Below are positions 29,635 through 38,873 of a stretch of DNA of 55,864 nt, one piece after another. The notes under the pieces were generated by a model, which was not told the DNA's origin, did no database searches, and was given only the letters and a program-made list of their open reading frames with translations. The position numbers and the translations under genes were made by a program. Positions within the stretch are counted from its first letter, which is position 1. Every line of letters starts with the position of its first letter. The stretch is from contig CALCYB010000083.1 of NCBI GenBank assembly GCA_937906485.1, forward strand, positions 1 to 55,864, in the 5' to 3' direction. This stretch comes from an uncultured Rikenellaceae bacterium (GTDB lineage: Bacteria > Bacteroidota > Bacteroidia > Bacteroidales > UBA932).

Positions 29635-30567
29635 ATGAAGAAATTTTTATTTTTAGGTATCGCTGCAACTGCTATGTTTGCCAGCTGTACAAATGACGAG
29701 ATGGTGGAGATGAATCCACAAAGTGCAATTGGATTTGAAACATTTGTTGACAAATCTACTCGTGCCACAGATGTAACATTGGATAACCTTGGAACTTTTT
29801 GGGTTTATGGTTGGAGAACCAAAGATGGTGGATTGCCCGAGCAGATTTTCGATAATCAGGAAGTAAGTGTAAATGCTCTTGGAGAATGTACATATTCTCC
29901 ACTCCAGTATTGGGTAGGTGACTATGAGTACGATTTTGAGGCTGTATCGCCACAAACAGGAGGAAGCGGTGTAACAGTTACTGCTAGTTGTGGAGCAAGC
30001 ACCATAAAATTTGTGAGTGATTCACAAACTGATCTTATTTACGCTAGTGCAAGCAAAGATTTGTTATCATATGACCATGATATTCTCGCATCAGATCCTG
30101 GTGCTGTAGGTTTGATATTTGGTCACTTGTTGTCTCGTGTTAAGTTTACTTTCACTAACGGAGCTGTTGCTGGTAGCGCTGCAAAGATTGATGTTACTGA
30201 TGTAACGATCGAAAGCGCAGGTACTACAGGTGTTTACACTCCTTCTACTGGAACTTGGGCTACTGCAACAGCAACTGGAGATGTATCATTCGCAGACATC
30301 ACCAACATTGGAGGAAATGCATCTGGAGAAACGGATCATAAATACTTGATTCCTTACAATGTGATGGGTCATTCAGTTAGCTTTACTGTAACTATGACTC
30401 AGGGTTCTGTTTCAGATTCATTTGACTATACAGTAACATTACCTGACCTCACTTTGGAAAAAGGAAAGAGTTACAACTTCAAAGCTACATTTAACCCTGG
30501 ATATCCTATTGAATTTACAGCTGATGTTACTGATTGGGGTGTCTTTAATGAAGTTACCATTCCTTAA
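29635..30567 (+). CDS. Fimbrillin-family lipoprotein (type V pilus subunit)
   Basis: Lipobox MFASC-TNDE, about 310 aa, beta-rich, in the standard subunit position. Confidence 0.7.
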   Translation: MKKFLFLGIAATAMFASCTNDEMVEMNPQSAIGFETFVDKSTRATDVTLDNLGTFWVYGWRTKDGGLPEQIFDNQEVSVNALGECTYSPLQYWVGDYEYDFEAVSPQTGGSGVTVTASCGASTIKFVSDSQTDLIYASASKDLLSYDHDILASDPGAVGLIFGHLLSRVKFTFTNGAVAGSAAKIDVTDVTIESAGTTGVYTPSTGTWATATATGDVSFADITNIGGNASGETDHKYLIPYNVMGHSVSFTVTMTQGSVSDSFDYTVTLPDLTLEKGKSYNFKATFNPGYPIEFTADVTDWGVFNEVTIP

Positions 30568-30676
30568 TAACCAAACACTCTTTTTGAGAAATTTAGGGTA
30601 TAAGGGGCTGATTACCCCTTATACTCACTATAATGAGCCGCTGGCTCAACTGCAAGAATAAGAATACATAGAGAAC

Positions 30677-32947
30677 ATGAAGAAGTATTATTTGTATATT
30701 GTATCTTCCGCTGCGTTTGCCTTTCTGATGATGTCTTGTGTCAATGATGAGATTATAGAGACACCTATAATTTCATCTCCAAGCAAGACCATTGCTTTTG
30801 ATGCTGATATTGAGTGGACGGAGCCCGACCAAACAGGCAGTGCTTCTCCTAATAGAGTGGGCAATTTCTCTCTCTTGACTGATACAGGCGAAGAGGTTTT
30901 ACCTTGCGGTGTATATGTGCAAGATGGAATCCAATACAACGGTGAAGAAAAGCCTTTGACCCGTGGTGCTGTTATAAACAGCATCGGCGACTCATTTTAT
31001 GTGTGGGCTACATATACAAAGGATAATGTTTCTTCGGAGTTTTTCTCGAATCTTAAATTCTCCAAAGGCAGTGGCGATGTTTTCAATTCTGAAAATATAT
31101 ACTATTGGCCAGGGTCGGGTACATTAGACTTCGTAGCAGTTTCAAATACGCCAGCAAGCAACTTTGCACCCCAGATGAGTAGTGACGGAACTAAACTGGA
31201 ATCATTTATATACACCGTTCCTGCTGATGCTACACAGCAAAATGATATCATTGTAGCTATAGCCAAAGGGATAGCAGGTGATCATAATACGTCTGTACCT
31301 TTGTCATTCAAGCATATTATGTCAGCAGTGAATGTAAAGATAGGCTCGGTTGTGAAGGGTGAAATACAATCCATTACGTTCAAGAATGTATACAACAAGG
31401 GTAAGTATCTTGTAGAGCAAGGCGTTTGGGTTGTTGACAAGACTTCTGTGGGAGATTTTACCGTTACGATGCAGGACGGCAAGTTTGTATCATCGGGTAC
31501 GGATGCGGAGGGAACACCCGTAAATACTACGGAAGGAACATTTATGTTTATACCTCAGAATCCAGGTGATAACGCTGAAATGGTAATTGAATTTTTGGAT
31601 TCAAATACAGGGCATCTGTACTCTGATGATGATACCAAGAATCCATATAAGCCCGCTCTTCGTGGCTCTATTGCAGATGACAATTGGGATAAGAACAAAA
31701 CAGTCAACTATATGCTCTCTATCGACGAATCGTTTACTCTGACGATCGAGCCTGTAGGCAAGAAGTTGGATGCTCACTATGTGATTGGTTATGCCAATGT
31801 AACGGTAGAGGAAATTGACAATTGGACGATTGAAGTCTCTTCAGACATTTCCTCCGATGAACAAATAACCATTCAACCCGAGGAAGAGGTAAATCCTCTT
31901 GCAAAAGAAGGTTTCTGGACTGATAAAGTAGTGGACGCTGATGGTAATGTCACTACGGAATCTGCTCGAGGTTCGAGCTCATGGTCTGGAACAGGTAATG
32001 TAACCAACAAATTGTTCTATATATTTATTCCAGAGAATGTTAGTGATAAAGACAGAGAGATTAGTCTGACACTTAGAGGGACAGGCGACGCTTCAACAGT
32101 ATCTACAACAAAAGTACTGTTGCAGAAATATCCTAATTGGACCGAAGGTGGCTTTGGTTGGGAAGTTGTGGATGATGATGAGAGTGGTGAATATGGATTT
32201 AAATGGACACGAAAGGTTGTTTATCAGTTTTACCAACATCACGGAGAAATTTTTGGATTTGGAGTAGATTGGACTGGTTATTCTCGTACAAAAATGCTTG
32301 AGTTTATCAATGCTATTGTAGCTCCTTATAACAATGGTAATGCCTTGACTGTTGGTGCATCAGATTCGTGGATATATTTAACAGAAACGGAAGTTAACAG
32401 TTATAGTATTTTGGGATTTAAGTTTTGGGCAGAGTATAAGATGAATGTTCATATAGATTATACAAAACTTAATAATATTACCACAGCTTTATCCGAGACA
32501 GATGGATTGGCTAATTCTAAAGCATTGTATCAATTAGGAGGTTCAGCAGCAACATCTTCATTAGAAACAGTGTTGCAGGAGTCAACAAAAACAGAAAATA
32601 CAGACCCTGCATTTACTATTACAAGCGAAGACGGTAGCCTTAATGACTTGTCGGGTATTTTGACATACATACAGAAGAAGAATAAATATAATATGCAGAT
32701 AGTTACCACTGAAGTAGCCACAACTCCTCATCCAATTTTTAATGTAGATGACTTGAAATGGTATCTGCCTGCTTATGGTCAATTCCAATACTTCACTCCT
32801 GACCCTAACATTGCGGGTGATGACAAGTCTCATTATTGGTCGTCGACTGCTGTAAGTGGTTCCTCTGAAGCATATATCGGAGATGGAACGCCCAAAGACC
32901 GTGACCTACCGTATCGTGTTATTGCCGCGCGTAAAAATGACAACTGA
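30677..32947 (+). CDS. Large fimbrillin-like lipoprotein with a DUF1566-like C-terminus (putative tip adhesin)
   Basis: Lipobox MMSC-VNDE. The C-terminal W-YLPAYGQFQYF...HYWSST resembles the DUF1566 WRLP...YWSS motif pair. Confidence 0.65.
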   Translation: MKKYYLYIVSSAAFAFLMMSCVNDEIIETPIISSPSKTIAFDADIEWTEPDQTGSASPNRVGNFSLLTDTGEEVLPCGVYVQDGIQYNGEEKPLTRGAVINSIGDSFYVWATYTKDNVSSEFFSNLKFSKGSGDVFNSENIYYWPGSGTLDFVAVSNTPASNFAPQMSSDGTKLESFIYTVPADATQQNDIIVAIAKGIAGDHNTSVPLSFKHIMSAVNVKIGSVVKGEIQSITFKNVYNKGKYLVEQGVWVVDKTSVGDFTVTMQDGKFVSSGTDAEGTPVNTTEGTFMFIPQNPGDNAEMVIEFLDSNTGHLYSDDDTKNPYKPALRGSIADDNWDKNKTVNYMLSIDESFTLTIEPVGKKLDAHYVIGYANVTVEEIDNWTIEVSSDISSDEQITIQPEEEVNPLAKEGFWTDKVVDADGNVTTESARGSSSWSGTGNVTNKLFYIFIPENVSDKDREISLTLRGTGDASTVSTTKVLLQKYPNWTEGGFGWEVVDDDESGEYGFKWTRKVVYQFYQHHGEIFGFGVDWTGYSRTKMLEFINAIVAPYNNGNALTVGASDSWIYLTETEVNSYSILGFKFWAEYKMNVHIDYTKLNNITTALSETDGLANSKALYQLGGSAATSSLETVLQESTKTENTDPAFTITSEDGSLNDLSGILTYIQKKNKYNMQIVTTEVATTPHPIFNVDDLKWYLPAYGQFQYFTPDPNIAGDDKSHYWSSTAVSGSSEAYIGDGTPKDRDLPYRVIAARKNDN

Positions 32948-33180
32948 TATAGAAGTGAGACTATGCAGGGCATAGGACCAACCAAACGAGGCTTTCCATT
33001 GACCAATGGGAAGCCTCAGACTTTCATAGCAACTTGCATCAGTATAAACTGTGTCAAGGTTCTTCATGTATGGCTTCCAAGCATCTGCCAGCAGCTTTCG
33101 GAAGCACCACCAGCAACTTCCCCGGGAACCAATTCTCAGCAACTCTCCTACAGCAACCAACTCCCAGCAACCAACTCAAC

Positions 33181-35214
33181 CTACTGCTGGGTAATCAGGC
33201 GTGAGAGGGTTTCTTCGGCCAGGGCGGATTTGGTTTCGATGTGCTGGAGGACGGCCTTGACAAAGGCATTGGTTTCGAAGGCTCCACGTACTTGTTCGAA
33301 GTCCCGGTCACGTTCTTCCAAGGATCCGTCTGTTCCAAACCCTGTCATGAAAGACATGGAGAATTCTTTTTTAGCGTCTTCATAGAGCATACGATCCAAT
33401 GCGACAACAGAGGTTTTCCATTGATTGACAATCTCACGGACGTCATCAAGGGTCATCTGCCGGGGATCAATTCCGTAGAAGGATTTGATTTTTTCGTAAG
33501 CCCAACGCCATTCGTAGGTGTAATAGTTGGCGGCCATTCTTCCAAAGGCTTCGTTGATGGTCTGTAAACGATCAATCTTGCCGGTTTCTATGGCATCCAA
33601 TAGGGCATCAACTTCCTGCTTGGGTGCTATCAGCCCAGCAATGTCCACCCACTGTCCGTTTCCAATCTGTGTATCAGGTACCAGATGTTCCTGTAGCTGA
33701 CGATCCGAGGTGAAGCGGATTCCTTCCAGACGCTTGATGATGGAGTTGCCCATGAATTTATGGATTCCAAGCTGGTAGAGCTGAATTCCCTTGAGCAGGG
33801 ACGAGTTTTTGATACGGGTACTTTGGTAAGCGTATTCTTCAGAGGTAGCCCCTCCTACGCGTTGGAGATCACGGAGAATCTGCAGACCATTCATCATTTT
33901 CTGTATGGTGTAGGGACTAAGCAGATTGAAGTTGATGTGATCCAGTCGGTTGGGATCGGTACGCTTGTCTCTTTTGGGCCATTTCTGGGCGTCTCGGATG
34001 GTGCCGACACTGCGAAGATTGGCTCCCGGCATCAGATAGGTCGTGTTGTTCCGTTCTATCAGGTAGGAGAAAGGCAGGTTGGAGGTATCGGAGTGATGGA
34101 CATGACGTCCCATCACCAGCGAGAAAGGTCCGACATGCGAAGGGAAAAGAATGTACGAATCGGAAGATGTTTTTGATCCACGTTCAAGGATTCCTTGATG
34201 AATCGGCCCGAGTTTGTACATGTGGTTGCTTTGGTTGGATCCACTGCCGGCGTTCATAAAAGAAAACATCCCCGCGATCAGGAGGGTGGATTTATGGTGA
34301 GTCACCGTATAGGGACCTGCAAAAACTGCACAAGCTTCCCCATTTTCTCCGTGGCAATTGCTGAAAAACAACGAATCCGAAGCCGAGTAGTTACGACCCA
34401 AATGACAGGCTTGTCCCACAAAACAGCGTAGCACGGTAGCCCCATCATCAATGACCGAACCCGACGAAACGATAAAATCTTTGCAGCTGACCCCGTTACC
34501 GATTTTGACCGGCGCATCAGCATTGCTCATCAGGGTACCGTTCTCCAAGATACCGCAACCATCCAGTCGGGCATGATCGCCCACTTTCAGGTTCTTTAGG
34601 GTTCCGGTATTGAGAATCTGGACATGATGGCCGATGTACCCCAGGTCTGAGGTGTATTTTTCCTGGAAGTAATGTACGCGCTCAAACATCCGCTGCACCA
34701 ATGCCGGACGATGGCGGTACAAAGCCATGACATAAGCTTGCTGAGCAGACAATTTCTCGTGGATGGGGACTTCACGTCCTCCGGTTTCGTTCAAGACGGC
34801 TACCTCTACCCCATTACCGAACGAGGTCTGGCCATCCACCAACAGCATTCCGACATTCTTGATGTAGGTCCTTTCACCAATCCGGTAATTGGCAATGTAA
34901 TTATGGATGTTCTCAACACAAGAATTGTCTCCGATCTCAACGTTGTGCAATGTTGCATACCGCACACCCGCTTTTTTGACAATCCCACCGGGCAAGGTAA
35001 AATGCTCCTCAAAATTACCCAGTTTGACCAGTCCAGAGAAACGCACTTGAAACAATCGTTTCGGATTGAAACCCTCCTTGACCCAGACGCGGCTCCAATC
35101 ATCAGCAATACAGGCATTCTGCGTCAATGCGCAGATCTCCTCATCCGTCAATGAACGGAAAGGAGTTTCCGGGGCATGCCCCAGAAACTCCTTCAGGCAA
35201 ATTGTGTTACCCAT
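33181..35214 (-). CDS. DUF4954 family protein (left-handed beta-helix-like)
   Basis: N-terminal FRSLTDEEICALTQNACIADDWSRVWV...FSGLVKLGNF is typical of DUF4954. The track start at 35229 is TTG. ATG 35214 lies 7 nt after the ompA-like stop. Confidence 0.75.
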   Translation of the reverse strand: MGNTICLKEFLGHAPETPFRSLTDEEICALTQNACIADDWSRVWVKEGFNPKRLFQVRFSGLVKLGNFEEHFTLPGGIVKKAGVRYATLHNVEIGDNSCVENIHNYIANYRIGERTYIKNVGMLLVDGQTSFGNGVEVAVLNETGGREVPIHEKLSAQQAYVMALYRHRPALVQRMFERVHYFQEKYTSDLGYIGHHVQILNTGTLKNLKVGDHARLDGCGILENGTLMSNADAPVKIGNGVSCKDFIVSSGSVIDDGATVLRCFVGQACHLGRNYSASDSLFFSNCHGENGEACAVFAGPYTVTHHKSTLLIAGMFSFMNAGSGSNQSNHMYKLGPIHQGILERGSKTSSDSYILFPSHVGPFSLVMGRHVHHSDTSNLPFSYLIERNNTTYLMPGANLRSVGTIRDAQKWPKRDKRTDPNRLDHINFNLLSPYTIQKMMNGLQILRDLQRVGGATSEEYAYQSTRIKNSSLLKGIQLYQLGIHKFMGNSIIKRLEGIRFTSDRQLQEHLVPDTQIGNGQWVDIAGLIAPKQEVDALLDAIETGKIDRLQTINEAFGRMAANYYTYEWRWAYEKIKSFYGIDPRQMTLDDVREIVNQWKTSVVALDRMLYEDAKKEFSMSFMTGFGTDGSLEERDRDFEQVRGAFETNAFVKAVLQHIETKSALAEETLSRLITQQ

Positions 35215-35221
35215 CGGGATA

Positions 35222-36439
35222 TTATTCAATCACTACTGAACGGTTCAAAGAAGGCTCTTCGAATTGGTTGTTGGCAGAACCATCAACACGTTTGATCAGG
35301 CGATCTTCAGAGATACCGTATTTCTTAACCAGCAGGTTGTATACGTAGTTCAGACGTTTTTCGCTCAACTTTTCGTTGTATTCCGGAGTACCGGTTGCGC
35401 TGTCAGCAGAACCGATGATGGTGAAGGTCTTGTTCGGGTTGGCTTCGAGAATGGTCTTCACGTAATATTCCAGTACGGTAAGTTGTCTCTTGTCCAAAGT
35501 AGCGCGATCGATTGAGAAGAACACAGCGATCGGAGAAGTCTTGGACTCAAGTTCAGCTTGGGTCTTGGCCAAAGCGGATTCGGTTTGAGCCAGTTGTTGA
35601 CGCAATTGAGCGTTTTCTTGTACCAAAGCATCGTTGGTTTCAGCTTGAGCCACAGTTTGTACTTCCAAAGCAGCGATGGCTTCTTCGTACGGTGCATAGT
35701 TGGGAACTACCGGAGGTTGAACGCGGTTGAAGTTGGTCTTACCCAATTTCACAGCCAGACCTACGGTTGCTGTACCCATCAAGTCCACACGGTGATCACC
35801 TGCATTGGCGTCAAAATTTGAACGGGTCAAAATACCACGCAGGTCCAGGGTAGCATCCAGACGTTCGTTCAAGCGGAAGGTGTTGTAAAAACCACCACCC
35901 ACTACAAGTTCTTCGTTACCGGAGAAAATATTCTTTTCATAAGTACGACCGATACCGGCACTCAAGTAAGGAGAAAGGTTCCAGATACGGGTTTCTTTGT
36001 AACCCCAGATGCCGTTGGTCATGTTCCACATCACGTCCCCATGAATCAGCATCACGCCAAAATGTTCGTTATAAACACCATCTGCATGTTTGCCGTCCAC
36101 ATATCCCGCATTCGGATTCACAGTATAACCGTTAGCAGTCACACCGCTATAACCGAAACGCAAACCAAGTGAAGGAGTAAACCATTTACCAACATAAACG
36201 TCCATCGCAAAAGCCATACGGCCTTTCAGGAGATGATGGAAGTCATCTTCACCCATGTAGTAGTTCACACCACCGCCGATGTTGATGAAGACGTTATCAA
36301 ACAATTTGTTGGTTTCGTAAGGACCACGAACGATATTACCGTTTTCATCACGGTTACCGTCTTCCTGCGCAAATGCGCCCAATGAGACGAGGGCCAACGC
36401 AGCGGTCAAAAGACTTTTAGAGAAAAAATTCTTTTTCAT
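35222..36439 (-). CDS. OmpA-family outer-membrane protein (beta-barrel, coiled-coil linker, OmpA_C domain)
   Basis: Signal peptide ...LGAFAQ, a Q/A-rich coiled coil, and a C-terminal IIGSADSATGTPEYNEKLSEKR peptidoglycan-binding motif. The ATG is at 36439 (the track start at 36445 is TTG). Confidence 0.85.
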   Translation of the reverse strand: MKKNFFSKSLLTAALALVSLGAFAQEDGNRDENGNIVRGPYETNKLFDNVFINIGGGVNYYMGEDDFHHLLKGRMAFAMDVYVGKWFTPSLGLRFGYSGVTANGYTVNPNAGYVDGKHADGVYNEHFGVMLIHGDVMWNMTNGIWGYKETRIWNLSPYLSAGIGRTYEKNIFSGNEELVVGGGFYNTFRLNERLDATLDLRGILTRSNFDANAGDHRVDLMGTATVGLAVKLGKTNFNRVQPPVVPNYAPYEEAIAALEVQTVAQAETNDALVQENAQLRQQLAQTESALAKTQAELESKTSPIAVFFSIDRATLDKRQLTVLEYYVKTILEANPNKTFTIIGSADSATGTPEYNEKLSEKRLNYVYNLLVKKYGISEDRLIKRVDGSANNQFEEPSLNRSVVIE

Positions 36440-36581
36440 ATTCAATCGTATTTCAAGTTATTATAACTCTATGTAAAAATATTGCAAAATCTGTACCTTC
36501 TTTACAGATATGCAAAGGTAACTAAAAAATTTTTAACAAAGCAATAACTTTTATTACAATCTGTCAATTTCTTATCATTGT

Positions 36582-37667
36582 CTACAACCAACTCGCATTT
36601 TCCAGGTACCATCGTACTGTACGATCGATGCCTTCTTCGAACTGCAAGGTCGGCTCCCAGCCCAATTCGCGCTGGATTTTGGTAGAATCAATGGCATAAC
36701 GCAAATCATGACCGGCCCGATCCTCCACGAAGGTGATCAACTCCTCGCTATAGCCTTGCGGATGTCCCAACTGGCGGTCCACCGTCCGGACCAATACGCG
36801 GATCAGGTCAATGTTTTTCCATTCATTAAATCCACCTACATTATAAGTTTCCCCTATAACACCACGATGAAAGATCAGATCGATGGCCCGGGCATGATCT
36901 TCCACATACAACCAGTCCCGGACATTCTCACCCTTGCCATACACCGGCAACGGAAGACGGGAACAGATGTTCTTTATAAATAAAGGTATGAGTTTCTCGG
37001 GATACTGATTCGGACCGTAGTTGTTTGAACAATTGCTGATGAGTGTCGGCATGCCGTATGTATCGTGAAACGAACGCACAAAATGATCGGATGCCGCCTT
37101 GGAAGCGGAATAAGGCGAGTGCGGCGAGTAACGGGTCGTCTCGTAGAAAAATTCCTGACCATAGGCCAGGTGATGTTCTCCGGAGGAGGCTGTCGTTGAA
37201 AAAGGTGGCTCGATTCCCTCGGGGTGGGTCAGTTCCAAAGCGCCATACACTTCATCGGTCGAAATGTGGTAAAACCGTTTGCCGGCATAGCCTTCGGGGC
37301 AGGACTCCCACACCGTTTTAGCGGCCTGCAGCAACGACAGGGTCCCCATGACGTTGGTCCGGGCAAAGGTAAACGGATCCTTGATGCTCCGGTCCACGTG
37401 ACTCTCTGCTGCCAGATGGATCACCCCATCTACACGGTATTGCCGCATCAAGGCCATAACCGCCTCGAAATCACAAATATCACCTTGCACAAAGGTATAA
37501 TTGGGGGCTGTTTCCACATCCCGCAGGTTGTCCAGGTTCCCGGCATAGGTAAGTTTGTCCAAGTTGATGATGTGGCAATCCGGGTAGTTGTTCACAGACA
37601 GACGGACCACATGGCTTCCGATAAAGCCCGCTCCACCCGTAATCAAGTACGTTTTCTTTGCTTCCAT
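36582..37667 (-). CDS. rfbB: dTDP-glucose 4,6-dehydratase
   Basis: GGAGFIGS Rossmann loop, the YSASK catalytic motif and full-length family resemblance. Confidence 0.95.
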   Translation of the reverse strand: MEAKKTYLITGGAGFIGSHVVRLSVNNYPDCHIINLDKLTYAGNLDNLRDVETAPNYTFVQGDICDFEAVMALMRQYRVDGVIHLAAESHVDRSIKDPFTFARTNVMGTLSLLQAAKTVWESCPEGYAGKRFYHISTDEVYGALELTHPEGIEPPFSTTASSGEHHLAYGQEFFYETTRYSPHSPYSASKAASDHFVRSFHDTYGMPTLISNCSNNYGPNQYPEKLIPLFIKNICSRLPLPVYGKGENVRDWLYVEDHARAIDLIFHRGVIGETYNVGGFNEWKNIDLIRVLVRTVDRQLGHPQGYSEELITFVEDRAGHDLRYAIDSTKIQRELGWEPTLQFEEGIDRTVRWYLENASWL

Positions 37668-37679
37668 GTTGCTGTTTCT

Positions 37680-38585
37680 TTAACCTTGCCGAGCCAGCCC
37701 CAACAAATATTGTCCATAAGGGTTGTTGCGCATCGGCTCGGCAATTTCCTGCAATTTCTCTGCCGAAATCCAGCCTTTCTCAAAAGCAATGGCCTCCAGG
37801 GAGGCAATCTTCAACCCTTGACGCTTCTCAATGACCTCAACAAAAGTCGATGCCTCGGCCAAAGAATCGTGGGTTCCTGTATCCAACCAGGCAAAGCCTC
37901 GTCCCAACACCTCCAGACGCAGGGCCCCTTCTTCCAGGAAAGCCTGATTGACCGATGTGATTTCCAATTCTCCTCGGGCAGAGGGTTTGATTCGTTTGGC
38001 AATCTCCACCACCCGGTTCGGATAAAAATACAACCCCGTCACAGCATAATTGGATTTGGGCTCCGCAGGTTTCTCTTCAATGCTCAATACCCTGCCCTGC
38101 TCATCCATCTGGGCCACCCCATAACGCTGGGGATTGCTCACCCAATAACCGAAGACCGTCGCCTCTCCCGCAGGACGCACGGCCTCGCCTTCCGCCACAA
38201 CCTGCGCCAATTCCACCGCACGGGCAAGCATCGGGGTGAAATGTGCTCCAAAGAAAATATTGTCGCCCAGGACCAGGCAGACCGCATCCTGTCCGATGAA
38301 CTCCTCGCCAATGATAAACGCCTGTGCCAGTCCGTCCGGAGAAGGTTGTTCGGCATAAGAAAAATTCACCCCGAAGTCTGACCCGTCACCCAACAGACGA
38401 CGGAATCCCGGCAGATCCTGTGGCGTCGAAATGATCAGAATATCACGGATCCCGGCCAACATCAGGACCGAAATCGGGTAATACACCATCGGTTTGTCAT
38501 AAATCGGCAACAGTTGCTTGCTCACGCCCTTGGTAATGGGATAAAGCCGTGTTCCCGAGCCTCCAGCTAATACTATTCCTTTCAT
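37680..38585 (-). CDS. rfbA: Glucose-1-phosphate thymidylyltransferase
   Basis: [18 protein letters not shown] start. The track ORF extends to 38690 through a terminator hairpin, so that extension is rejected. Confidence 0.95.
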   Translation of the reverse strand: MKGIVLAGGSGTRLYPITKGVSKQLLPIYDKPMVYYPISVLMLAGIRDILIISTPQDLPGFRRLLGDGSDFGVNFSYAEQPSPDGLAQAFIIGEEFIGQDAVCLVLGDNIFFGAHFTPMLARAVELAQVVAEGEAVRPAGEATVFGYWVSNPQRYGVAQMDEQGRVLSIEEKPAEPKSNYAVTGLYFYPNRVVEIAKRIKPSARGELEITSVNQAFLEEGALRLEVLGRGFAWLDTGTHDSLAEASTFVEVIEKRQGLKIASLEAIAFEKGWISAEKLQEIAEPMRNNPYGQYLLGLARQG

Positions 38586-38600
38586 AGCAACAAAAATACG

Positions 38601-38634
38601 AAAAAAAAATCCAGATAGCCAATGACTACCTGGA
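38601..38634 (-). terminator. Strong intrinsic terminator closing the TIR/SIR2/KaiC-like cassette
   Basis: The minus-strand RNA reads uccagguag-ucauugg-cuaucugga (9-bp stem including one G-U pair) followed by U9. It lies 16 nt upstream of the rfbA ATG. Confidence 0.75.
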
Positions 38635-38873
38635 CAGGAGGTAAATAATCTTAAAACCTGAAATCGAACCCTACTTCCATGCATCGTCAAACGTCACATT
38701 CTTCCCACTCATAATCATACCGACCATATCCTTAACAACAAACGGACGCATTGTCGCAGTCGTATCGTTATTCATCATTCAATCCCATTAAATGTCCTTA
38801 CAAACCTTAGATTTGCAGCGTGATTCACTACCCCAAGGCTTGTAAGACAAAAGTAGTAAATTCATGCAGATAA

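Noticed and set aside
32906-33160. An 84-aa minus-strand ORF in the spacer after the pilus operon; a transposase fragment was considered.
   Set aside because: It has no DDE or other motifs that I recognise, it overlaps the 3' end of the pilus gene, and it lies in repeat-rich spacer DNA.
38586-38690. The N-terminal extension of rfbA in the ORF track ([11 protein letters not shown]...).
   Set aside because: The extension runs through the terminator hairpin and poly-U tract. The canonical RmlA start [14 protein letters not shown] is at 38585.
38671-38778. A 35-codon minus-strand micro-ORF ([35 protein letters not shown]) between the cassette and the terminator.
   Set aside because: It has no coupling signal, no recognisable family and no promoter box. 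It could be a relic, but I cannot support it as a gene.
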